From assembly GCA_963777505.1 (NCBI GenBank), contig CAVZQN010000004.1, positions 1,344,001-1,408,000 on the forward strand: a stretch of DNA of 64,000 bases, read 5' to 3'. The notes under the pieces were generated by a model. That model had not been told where the DNA came from. It saw only the letters and a list, made by a program, of their open reading frames with translations, and searched no databases. Positions 19,520 through 28,592 of this stretch are shown here, one piece after another. This DNA is from an uncultured bacterium (GTDB taxonomy: Bacteria; Acidobacteriota; HRBIN11; JAKEFK01). A program made the translations under genes and the position numbers. Position 1 is the stretch's first letter; the number at the start of each line of letters is the position of its first letter.

Positions 19520-20905
19520 ATGTTTAACAAAGTTTTAGTTGCGAATCGCGGTGAAATAGCACTTCGCATTATCATTGCATGCAAAGAATTAGGGATCCGC
19601 ACAGTCGCGGTGTTTTCGGAAGCTGACAGACATTCGTTACCCGTGCGTTTTGCAGATGAGGAAGTTTGTATCGGTCCCTCAGAAAGTGTGAACAGTTATT
19701 TGAACATTCCTAATATCATTTCCGCTGCGGAAATTACCGGTGCTGATGCAATCCATCCTGGTTATGGTTTTTTATCGGAGAATGCGAATTTCGCAGAGAT
19801 TTGTGAAACGTGTCACATAAAATTCATTGGACCAGCGCCCCATGCAATTCGCATGATGGGTGATAAAGCAATGGCACGCAAAATTGCTCAGGAGGCTGAT
19901 GTCCCGATCATTCCTGGTTCGGAAGGAATTGTGGACACTGAAGACGATGCCCTGAAAGTGGCTGAGCAACTCGGTTTTCCAGTCATTTTAAAAGCAACAG
20001 CGGGTGGCGGCGGTAAAGGGATGCGAGTTGTTCACAATCCTGCTGAGCTTGCAACCGCTTTTCGCATGGCGCAACGTGAAGCAGCAAACGCGTTTGGTGT
20101 CCCGGAGATCTATTTAGAAAAATATTTGGAACGTCCGCGTCATATTGAGTTTCAGATTCTGGCAGATGAACACGGCAACATTATTCATCTTGGTGAACGG
20201 GAATGTTCGATTCAGCGCCGTCATCAAAAAATTATGGAAGAAGCTCCATCACTTAGATTGGATCCCAATCTTCGGTTAAAGATGGGTGAAGCAGCCATAA
20301 AAGTTGCACGCGCGGTAAATTACCAGAACGCAGGGACTGTCGAATTCCTGTTGGATCGTCACGGCAAATTTTATTTCCTCGAAATGAATACTCGAATTCA
20401 AGTCGAGCATCCTGTTACTGAAATGATCACCGGTCTGGATCTTGTTTATTTACAGATTCGAATTGCAGCAGGCCGTGAGCTTGCCATCCGGCAGGAACAG
20501 GTAGAGTGGCGCGGTCATAGCATTGAGTGCCGAATCAATGCTGAGGATCCATTAAGTTTTATGCCATCTCCCGGACGTGTTACTGCGTTTCATCCTCCTA
20601 GCGGCCCAGGAGTTCGTGTTGATACAGCAGCTTATGCAGAAGGTGTGATCCCTCCTCATTACGATTCCATGATTGCAAAGGTCATTGTGCATGGACCGAA
20701 TCGTAAAGCTGCGATTTCCCGGATGAGACGTGCATTAGAAATGATGATCGTTGAAGGAATTAAGACGAACATTCCGTTGCATCACAGGATTTTGCACGAT
20801 GAAGATTTTGTTCGCGGCAATATCGATACAAATTTCATGCTTCGATATGATCTGAGACAGCGTTCCCGTTCTGCAGTCTTTTCTGAACCCGCCATCCGCA
20901 CCTAA
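19520..20905 (+). CDS. accC: Acetyl-CoA carboxylase biotin carboxylase subunit
   Basis: [48 protein letters not shown]. Confidence 0.97.
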   Translation: MFNKVLVANRGEIALRIIIACKELGIRTVAVFSEADRHSLPVRFADEEVCIGPSESVNSYLNIPNIISAAEITGADAIHPGYGFLSENANFAEICETCHIKFIGPAPHAIRMMGDKAMARKIAQEADVPIIPGSEGIVDTEDDALKVAEQLGFPVILKATAGGGGKGMRVVHNPAELATAFRMAQREAANAFGVPEIYLEKYLERPRHIEFQILADEHGNIIHLGERECSIQRRHQKIMEEAPSLRLDPNLRLKMGEAAIKVARAVNYQNAGTVEFLLDRHGKFYFLEMNTRIQVEHPVTEMITGLDLVYLQIRIAAGRELAIRQEQVEWRGHSIECRINAEDPLSFMPSPGRVTAFHPPSGPGVRVDTAAYAEGVIPPHYDSMIAKVIVHGPNRKAAISRMRRALEMMIVEGIKTNIPLHHRILHDEDFVRGNIDTNFMLRYDLRQRSRSAVFSEPAIRT

Positions 20906-20926
20906 CTCTGCGTCTTTGCGGTAAAA

Positions 20927-21545
20927 ATGAATTTTGAAACACCATTTCTCTATCCTGTTCTCGATGACACTCGAAGCGTTAACCTAAAGCAGGATGCTCT
21001 GGAAATCATTCGTGCAGGCGCTAAAATTTTTCAGATCCGTGCAAAAAGGTTAACCAATCGCGAAATGTTTGACGTTGTGCAAAGCATTCTCCCGCATTGC
21101 ATCGAGCCTGGCGTTTCCCTCATTGTAAATGACCGTGTAGATGTTTGTCTTGCAAGTCGTGCATCAGGTGTTCATTTAGGACAGGATGATTTTCCCGTTC
21201 CGGAAACAAGGAAACTGTTGCCAGATGCAATCATCGGACTCTCAACACACAATCTGAATCAGGTCACGTGCAGCAAACGATTTACCGGTGGATTACATTT
21301 CAATAGGACCTGTTTTTCCAACTACCTCGAAAATGAATCCCGATCCTGCTGTTGGAATTTCATTCTTGCAGCAAGCCCGATCGATGACTACCAAACCAAT
21401 CGTTTGTATTGGGGGAATTCAAGCAGCGACTATTCCTGATCTTATAAATGAAGGCGCAAATGGTATCGCGGTGATTGGAGAAATCTACAATGGCAATGAT
21501 ATTTTCAACTCAACCAAACGATTGCTACAATTGATAAAAAAGTAG
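20927..21545 (+). pseudogene. thiE: Thiamine-phosphate synthase, split by +1 frameshift near 21266 (probable sequencing error)
   Basis: [26 protein letters not shown] in one frame; [18 protein letters not shown] in the next; removing A21266 restores [13 protein letters not shown]. Confidence 0.88.
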
Positions 21546-21614
21546 GGGCGGGTCTAAGACCCGCCCGCGGTGCCCATATTTAATTAAACGGGCGGGTCTA
21601 AGACCCGCCCCTAC
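21542..21614. repeat. REP doublet, family A
   Basis: GTAGGGGCGGGTCTAAGACCCGCCC...GGGCGGGTCTAAGACCCGCCCCTAC; supplies the thiE TAG. Confidence 0.9.
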
Positions 21615-21620
21615 AGGCTT

Positions 21621-22157
21621 ATGAAGAAATTTGATGTTCCGCCTCCAGTGAAACTAGTTTGCGGAATTCTTTACCATGACGAAAAATGGATTGAACCAGC
21701 TCTTTCGGATCTTCAGCTGAATTTTGGAGCCCTGGACTTTCGTTCAGAACCGATGCCATTTCAGTTCACAGACTATTATTTTGATGAAATGGGACAGCCT
21801 CTTTTTCGCCGCATGATAAGCTTCGAAAAATTAATCGATCCTTCTTCGCTCGCTGAAGTTAAAGTCGAAACAAATACTCTCGAAGAGAAATACGCATCTC
21901 AGGGTAGTTCGCGAGTCTTAAACCTTGATCCGGGTTATCTCACCGCAGCAGCGTATATTCTTGCAACTTCGAAGAATTATGCTCACAGAATCTACTTAGG
22001 ACAGGGTGTTTTTGCGCAACAAGAATTGTTGTTCGAACGCAAGCGGATATTAACACTCGAATGGACTTATCCGGATTACAGGTCCTTCGAATATCAGGAA
22101 ATCCTCCGCAAGATTCGGAGGAGGTATTTGGAGCAATTAAGAGAACTCACCAGGTAA
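21621..22157 (+). CDS. DUF4416 family protein
   Basis: FTDYYFDEMG, RVLNLDPGYL, LATSKNYAHRIYL, WTYPDY motifs. Confidence 0.85.
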   Translation: MKKFDVPPPVKLVCGILYHDEKWIEPALSDLQLNFGALDFRSEPMPFQFTDYYFDEMGQPLFRRMISFEKLIDPSSLAEVKVETNTLEEKYASQGSSRVLNLDPGYLTAAAYILATSKNYAHRIYLGQGVFAQQELLFERKRILTLEWTYPDYRSFEYQEILRKIRRRYLEQLRELTR

Positions 22158-22192
22158 TTTAAGTTTCGTCATCCCGTGGCCACCAAACTCTG

Positions 22193-22435
22193 TTAACCCT
22201 GTAGACGTGTGGACAGCGTAACTGGTGTCATAGATGATAGGATGACATGACCGCTATCGGTGATTATGACAGCACGGGTTTGTTTTCCTTCAGTTGCATC
22301 AATTAAACGTCCTCGTGTACGAGCTTCATTCTTGAGTCTTCGAATGGGAGCAGAATTCGGATAAATCACACAGACGATTCGAGATGCTAAAATGGCATTG
22401 CCCCCTCCAAGATGCAATAATTCTTTGACGCCCAT
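22193..22435 (-). CDS. RemA/DUF370 family regulator
   Basis: GGGNAILASRI...SAPIRRL...LIDATEGKQTRAVIITDSGHVILS matches DUF370. Confidence 0.85.
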   Translation of the reverse strand: MGVKELLHLGGGNAILASRIVCVIYPNSAPIRRLKNEARTRGRLIDATEGKQTRAVIITDSGHVILSSMTPVTLSTRLQG

Positions 22436-22565
22436 ACAATAAAATTGCGCCCATTCATTTTTTTGACAAGTCTCTGAGAGAGAGAATGGAACTTTTACCA
22501 GAATAATGTGTCGATATCATTCATCAAGAGGTAGAAGTACGTGTTGTTTTTAGCAAGAGTAGATA

Positions 22566-22595
22566 TTGACAATTCACCTAGCTCGAGTATAAATA
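22566..22595 (+). promoter_or_regulatory. Putative sigma70 promoter for TPR-TonB operon
   Basis: TTGACA(22566)-16 nt-TATAAAT. Confidence 0.5.
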
Positions 22596-22752
22596 TGATA
22601 CGGCGTTCTAAAAGCCCTTGCCGTACTAACAGTGGGCCAGAATCTCGAATAGTAGGAGCTACACTTGCCGTTCCTGTCGACCGGTATCAGCCTGTATCCA
22701 CCAATTGGCAGACCGGCGGCACAACGTTGCCTTCCAAAGTAAGGAGTAATCT

Positions 22753-23592
22753 ATGAAGCGTACGTTCTTCGTACCAGTCCTGATTGTCGTTTTTTTCTCA
22801 CTGACACTTGTTTCCTGTGGACAATTTAAGGCAAAGATGGAGGTCAAGAAAGGGAACGAACTCTATGGTGCCAAAAAGTACGAGGAAGCGATCAAACATT
22901 ACAAGCAGGCACTAAAATACGACAAAGATATGGATACAGTTAATCTAAATATGGCCCTCAGCTATATGGCTTTATATGTGCCAGGCTCTACCCACCCCAA
23001 AGATGTTGAATACGCCAACCAGGCAATCGCGCAATTCAAAGAGTATCTTAAGAACAAACCCGATGATCCAAAAGTAAATGAATATTTGATCACAATGTTT
23101 TTGAACGCAGAGCGCACCGATGACGCAATTGCATATTTTGAAAATCACTTAAAAAAGAATCCAACTGATGTAAGCACGATGCAAAAGCTAGCATTTATCT
23201 ATGCGAAATCGGGGAAATTTGACGAGGCATTGAGATGGTATCAACGTCGAACAGAAGTTGAGCCAAATAATGCTGAGGCATTTTACGTAATCGGCGTGAT
23301 TTGTTGGGAAAAGTCGTATAAGTTTGCTGATGTCACTCCGGAGGAACGGGAGCGCTTAATCAAACTCGGGATGGATTCTCTGGATCGAGCTATGCAGTTG
23401 AATCCTAAATATTCGGAAGCGTACCTATATATGAATCTGTTATATCGTGAAAAAGCAAAAATGATTTCACCAGATCCAAATCTATTTCCTGTACCGGACG
23501 AAAAGATTGATGAATATAACGGTTATTTGCAGAAGGCGAAAGAACTTCAGGACAAAGCCGTTGAAATTCGCAAGCAGCAAACTCCGTCTTAG
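22753..23592 (+). CDS. TPR lipoprotein
   Basis: AAGGAG RBS; lipobox LVS-C; multiple TPRs. Confidence 0.85.
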   Translation: MKRTFFVPVLIVVFFSLTLVSCGQFKAKMEVKKGNELYGAKKYEEAIKHYKQALKYDKDMDTVNLNMALSYMALYVPGSTHPKDVEYANQAIAQFKEYLKNKPDDPKVNEYLITMFLNAERTDDAIAYFENHLKKNPTDVSTMQKLAFIYAKSGKFDEALRWYQRRTEVEPNNAEAFYVIGVICWEKSYKFADVTPEERERLIKLGMDSLDRAMQLNPKYSEAYLYMNLLYREKAKMISPDPNLFPVPDEKIDEYNGYLQKAKELQDKAVEIRKQQTPS

Positions 23593-23605
23593 GAGGATAT
23601 GAAAT

Positions 23606-24352
23606 ATGTGGGATGACACACTTATAGAATCGAGAGGTTCAAAAGAAGGTAAAGGGAAGAAATATACACTCGCGGGTGCGATGGCACTGCATGTACTCGT
23701 AATAGCGGTTATGATTGGTGCTTCGTACTGGTTTGTTGAAGCGGTTCAACCGCCTCCAATTCCAGTCACATTGTTATCAGCGCCGCCACCCCCGCCACCC
23801 CCTCCTCCTGCGGCCCCAAAGAAAAAGGCTCCTGAAACGCCAAAAGAAGAAGTAAAACCAATTGAACCACAAGAAGAATTTCAGCCGACAGAAGTACCAG
23901 AAGAACTCCCGACTCCTGAAGATATACAAGAAGATACAGGTGTTGACGGTGGAGTTGAAGGTGGTGTTGAAGGCGGTGTCGAAGGTGGTGTTCCCGGTGG
24001 AGTCCTTGGAGGAGTTCCGGGCGGAGTCATCGGTGGAGTACCCGGAGGTTTAGGTGATGAAACTCCAATGCGGATTACCGCTGAGGTAAAACAACCTGAA
24101 CTTGTAAAGAAAGTAGAACCCCAGTATCCAGAAATTGCGCGTAAAGCAAGAATCCAGGGTGTCGTCATTCTGGAAGCTGTTATTACAAAAGAAGGAACAG
24201 TTGAAGGTGTAAAAGTCTTAAGAGCTTTACATCCGATTCTTGATCAAGCAGCTGTGAATGCTGTACGCCAATGGAAATATAAGCCCGCTTTATTAAATGG
24301 CCGTCCAGTAAAAGTATACTTTACGGTCACTGTAAAATTTACGTTACGCTAA
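23606..24352 (+). CDS. tonB: Energy transducer TonB
   Basis: TM with His (ALHV), poly-Pro, GGVE/GGVP repeats, PQYPEIARKARIQGVV TonB_C. Confidence 0.92.
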   Translation: MWDDTLIESRGSKEGKGKKYTLAGAMALHVLVIAVMIGASYWFVEAVQPPPIPVTLLSAPPPPPPPPPAAPKKKAPETPKEEVKPIEPQEEFQPTEVPEELPTPEDIQEDTGVDGGVEGGVEGGVEGGVPGGVLGGVPGGVIGGVPGGLGDETPMRITAEVKQPELVKKVEPQYPEIARKARIQGVVILEAVITKEGTVEGVKVLRALHPILDQAAVNAVRQWKYKPALLNGRPVKVYFTVTVKFTLR

Positions 24353-24375
24353 CAGTTGATTAGGAGGAAATTGTC

Positions 24376-25071
24376 ATGGATTTTGGAGTACTAGGCCTGT
24401 GGAATGCAATGGGTTACATGGGTAAAGCAGTAGTTATACTTCTTGCCCTGATGTCCATTTACTCGCTTGGCTTGATGATAGAGCGTTATCTTACGTATAA
24501 CGCCGCCAAGAAACAATCCTTGAAGTTTGCGACACAAGCAACTCAATTATTGAAACAAAATAAGCTGAAAGAAGTCATTCAGCTTTCTAAAACCTATAAG
24601 AAAAGCCATCTCGCTAAAGTGGTATCGGCTGGTTTATATGAATTTACATATGAACAAGAAAATCCCGGTGCGCAAGCGGGATTTGATGTCATTGAAGCCG
24701 CTAAAAGGGCAATTGAACGTGCAACGGCTATGACAGGTGCGGAATTAAAACGCGGAATTGGAGCTCTTGCTACAATTGGTTCAACTGCTCCTTTCGTTGG
24801 ATTATTCGGAACGGTTTTCGGGATCATCCACGCGTTTGAAACAATGGCAGTTGCCGGCGGCGGTGGATTGGGTACAGTTTCAGCTGGTATCGCGGAAGCT
24901 CTTTACACGACTGCGTTCGGTCTTCTAGTGGCTATCCCCGCAGTTTGGGCTTTTAACTATTTCACGAACAGAATCGAACGATTTAACATCGAGATGTCGA
25001 ATTCCGCGAATGAATTGATTGATTTCTTCATCAAACAACGCGGAGGTACACATGCAAACAGGGTCAGCTGA
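24376..25071 (+). CDS. exbB: MotA/TolQ/ExbB proton channel protein
   Basis: LATIGSTAPFVGLFGTVFGI, GIAEALYTTAFGL. Confidence 0.9.
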   Translation: MDFGVLGLWNAMGYMGKAVVILLALMSIYSLGLMIERYLTYNAAKKQSLKFATQATQLLKQNKLKEVIQLSKTYKKSHLAKVVSAGLYEFTYEQENPGAQAGFDVIEAAKRAIERATAMTGAELKRGIGALATIGSTAPFVGLFGTVFGIIHAFETMAVAGGGGLGTVSAGIAEALYTTAFGLLVAIPAVWAFNYFTNRIERFNIEMSNSANELIDFFIKQRGGTHANRVS

Positions 25072-25477
25072 AGCTGGTGATGTCCGATCGGACATAAACG
25101 TAACACCTCTTGTCGATGTCGTTCTCGTTTTGTTAATCATCTTTATGGTGGTTACGCCGATGCTCCAAAAAGGAGTACCTGTTGAATTGCCGGTAACAAA
25201 GAATCCGGACAAAAAGCCGGATAGTGAGAATCAATCTATTGTTTCGGTAAAGTCAGACGCAACCATCTATATTGAACAAAACTGGGTACCAAAAACAGAA
25301 CTTGTTACGCAATTGAAAGAAATGCATGATCGAAATCCAAGCAAAGAGATTTTGATTAAAGGCGATTCAAGATTGATGTACAAAGACATTAAAAAGGTGA
25401 TGGATATGATTAACGAGGCAGGGTTTGAAAACGTTGGTCTCATCACTGATAAAGTCGAAGACGGTACCGGCGGTTAA
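25052..25477 (+). CDS. exbD: ExbD/TolR family protein
   Basis: INVTPLVDVVLVLLIIFMV; start at ATG 25052 after GGAGG. Confidence 0.9.
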   Translation: MQTGSAEAGDVRSDINVTPLVDVVLVLLIIFMVVTPMLQKGVPVELPVTKNPDKKPDSENQSIVSVKSDATIYIEQNWVPKTELVTQLKEMHDRNPSKEILIKGDSRLMYKDIKKVMDMINEAGFENVGLITDKVEDGTGG

Positions 25478-25491
25478 GTCGAGGTGTAATT

Positions 25492-25914
25492 ATGGCAATG
25501 GCAACAAGTAGTAAAAGCCATCTGAATGCGGATATCAATGTAACTCCCCTAGTTGATGTTGTGCTGGTGCTGCTGATCATTTTTATGGTCCTAACTCCGT
25601 TGATGCAACTGGGCTATGACGTGAATGTTCCCCCCAAGAAAACTGCATTAGCATCGGAAGTTACTTCCAAACAGCAGCTCATTGTTACCCAGATAGAACC
25701 TGGTAAGGTTTATCTAAACAGGGAACAAATCGACGTTGGCCAGTTGCCGATTCGATTAACTGAGATTCTAAAAACCCGTAATGATAAAACCGTATTTTTT
25801 TCGGCGGATGATGAATTGAATTATGGTGCCGTCATGGCAACCATGGATATCATTCGTAATTCAGGCGCTGAAAAAATCGGAATCATTACTGAAAAAGTGT
25901 CTATCCCTTCGTAA
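25492..25914 (+). CDS. exbD: ExbD/TolR family protein (second copy)
   Basis: INVTPLVDVVLVLLIIFMV. Confidence 0.9.
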   Translation: MAMATSSKSHLNADINVTPLVDVVLVLLIIFMVLTPLMQLGYDVNVPPKKTALASEVTSKQQLIVTQIEPGKVYLNREQIDVGQLPIRLTEILKTRNDKTVFFSADDELNYGAVMATMDIIRNSGAEKIGIITEKVSIPS

Positions 25915-25935
25915 TCAACTAAAGCGTTTATTATC

Positions 25936-25964
25936 GGGGCATCCGTTTCCAGGATGCCCTTTTT
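25936..25964 (+). terminator. Rho-independent terminator
   Basis: gggcatcc-gtttcca-ggatgccc followed by TTTTT. Confidence 0.8.
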
Positions 25965-25976
25965 CTATGTAAGATT

Positions 25977-26017
25977 AACCGCAAAGGCGCCAAGGAAATC
26001 TTTGTGTCTTTGCGGTT
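25977..26017. repeat. Repeat family C palindrome
   Basis: aaccgcaaaggcgccaag...ctttgtgtctttgcggtt. Confidence 0.7.
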
Positions 26018-26071
26018 CAGAATTCTTATGGTAGAATCGGGCACTTCAAAAATTCCAATCGGAGCGACAAC

Positions 26072-28490
26072 ATGCAATTGCCACGGATGCGCATTGCCCT
26101 AATACTGACTGCACTTATATTTTTAGCCCCTTGTTCACTTTTCGCGAGTGAAGCAGACTTAATTATTCCGGAATTAAGCTCCGTTAAGTTTCAAGGCGTA
26201 TCTGGATACGATCTTCTGCTTGCCGGTTTATTCGTTTGTGTTCTTGGAATGTTATTTGGATTCATGATGTACAGGCAATTGAAAGCAATGCCAGTTCATA
26301 GTTCAATGCGTGAAATTTCAGAGCTGATTTACGAGACCTGCAAAACATATCTCATTACTCAAGGAAAATTCATTTTGCTCCTTGAGATATTGATCGGGAT
26401 TATCATCCTGTTTTATTTCCGCGCGCTTCGTCATTTCGCATGGGACCGAGTGCTGATTATTCTGGCCTTCAGTCTTGTTGGTATTGCCGGAAGTTATGGT
26501 GTTGCCTGGTTCGGAATTCGAATCAATACATTTGCAAACTCCCGCGCAGCCTTCGCCTCTCTTACTGGCAAGCCCTATCCGACTTATGACATTCCATTAA
26601 AAGCCGGGATGAGCATCGGCATGCTTCTGATTGCAACTGAACTTGTAATCATGCTTGCGATTCTGTTGTTTATCCCGCGTGATTATGCGGGACCTTGTTT
26701 CATAGGATTTGCAATCGGGGAATCGCTGGGCGCTGCTGCATTACGTATCGCAGGTGGAATCTTTACGAAGATCGCCGATATCGGTTCAGATTTAATGAAA
26801 ATCGTCTTCAACATTAAAGAAGATGATGCTCGAAACCCTGGAGTCATTGCAGATTGTACGGGTGATAATGCTGGAGATTCAGTGGGTCCTACTGCCGATG
26901 GATTTGAGACTTATGGAGTTACCGGAGTCGCACTGATCACATTCATATTGCTCGCAGTCAACGAAAGAGTTGCAGGAGTCAATTACGAATCGATCCAGGT
27001 CCAACTGTTGGTTTGGATCTTCGTAATGCGCATCATGATGATTCTGACAAGCGGAATTTCGTATGGAATCAATCAAATCATCGCAAAAGCACGATTTGGA
27101 AATGCCGATCACATGAATTTTGAAACGCCTCTGACGACACTCGTTTGGCTTACTTCAATTGTTTCGGCAGTCGTTACCTATGCCGTTTCGTACGTTCTGA
27201 TTCCGGATCTTGGTGATGGAACATTATGGTGGAAGCTTTCCACAATCATTTCATGTGGTACCCTGGCTGGAGCTATCATTCCAGAATTGGTAAAGGTCTT
27301 TACATCGACAGATTCAGGGCATGTGAGAGAAGTCGTTATTGCATCCCGTGAGGGTGGCCCTTCGCTCAACATTTTGTCAGGATTTGTAGCTGGCAATTTC
27401 AGCGCATACTGGATGGGTATTGCAATCGTCATACTGATGGGAATTGCATACTGGATCAGCACTCTTGGACTGAGTATGAATGTGCTCATGGTAGCACCTG
27501 CCGTATTTGCCTTTGGTCTGGTTGCCTTTGGTTTTCTTGGTATGGGCCCTGTCACGATCGCTGTGGATTCCTATGGCCCTGTTACGGACAATGCTCAATC
27601 TGTCTTTGAACTCTCCGTCATTGAACAGCTACCAGGCATTGTAGAAGAAATCAAAAAAGATTTTGGTTTTGAACCAAAATTCGAAAAAGCCAAAAAATAT
27701 CTGGAAGAAAATGATGGTGCTGGCAATACATTCAAGGCAACTGCAAAGCCCGTATTAATTGGGACCGCTGTGGTCGGCGCAACAACATTGATTTTCTCGA
27801 TCATCATGGTGTTAACGAATGGACTCACTGCCGATCTGGAAAAGCTTTCTTTATTGTATTCGCCGTTTCTTCTTGGACTCGTCACCGGCGGCGCCATTAT
27901 TTATTGGTTTACGGGTGCAGCAACACAGGCTGTCGCAACTGGCGCTTATAGGGCGGTCGAGTTTATTAAAAAGAACATAAGGCTTGATTCTGACGCCCCA
28001 AAGGCCTCGGTTGAAGATAGCAAAAAGGTCGTTGAAATTTGCACACAGTATGCCCAGCGCGGCATGTTCAATATTTTCTTAACCGTCTTTTTTTCGACTC
28101 TAGCTTTTGCATGTTTAGAGCCTTACTTCTTCATCGGTTATCTGATTTCAATTGCATTATTCGGTCTTTATCAGGCGATTTTCATGGCCAATGCAGGAGG
28201 CGCCTGGGATAATGCAAAAAAGATTGTGGAAGTGGAACTCAATCAGAAAGGTACGCCGCTTCATGCCGCCACAGTCGTTGGAGATACCGTTGGAGATCCT
28301 TTCAAAGATACATCTTCAGTTGCGATGAATCCGGTCATAAAATTCACGACACTCTTTGGATTGCTTGCGGTTGAACTTGCAATCGAGATGCCGCAAGAAT
28401 ACAACAACTATAATGGCTGCGATTTTCTTTCTCATTTCTGTCATCTTTGTATGGCGTTCCTTCTACGCAATGCGTATTAAGACCGCCTGA
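26072..28490 (+). CDS. hppA: Membrane-bound ion-pumping pyrophosphatase (K+-independent, divergent type); +1 frameshift near 28394 hides last helix
   Basis: GGIFTKIADIGSDL, EDDARNPGVIADCTGDNAGD, GNTFKA, GGAWDNAKK, GDTVGDPFKD; shifted frame gives TIMAAIFFLISVIFVWRSFYAMRIKTA-stop at 28490. Confidence 0.9.
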
Positions 28491-28522
28491 TCATTCACCT
28501 TACGTAAATCGTCCCTAAGTTC

Positions 28523-28556
28523 TTGACATCAGTTAACCTGTTGTCATAATAACAGG
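28523..28556 (+). promoter_or_regulatory. sigma70 promoter with overlapping palindrome upstream of NSS transporter
   Basis: TTGACA(28523)-16 nt-CATAAT(28545); CCTGTT-N8-AACAGG spans the -10. Confidence 0.55.
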
Positions 28557-28592
28557 CAGTTCACGGTCATCTTCCATTTCTAAGAGGAGCAC

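Noticed and set aside
22541-22756. 71-aa ORF upstream of TPR gene
   Set aside because: Spans the predicted promoter, no features; more likely untranslated leader
23945-24050. Tandem DNA repeat / contingency locus in tonB
   Set aside because: GGVE/GGVP repeats use varied synonymous codons, so it is protein-level low complexity
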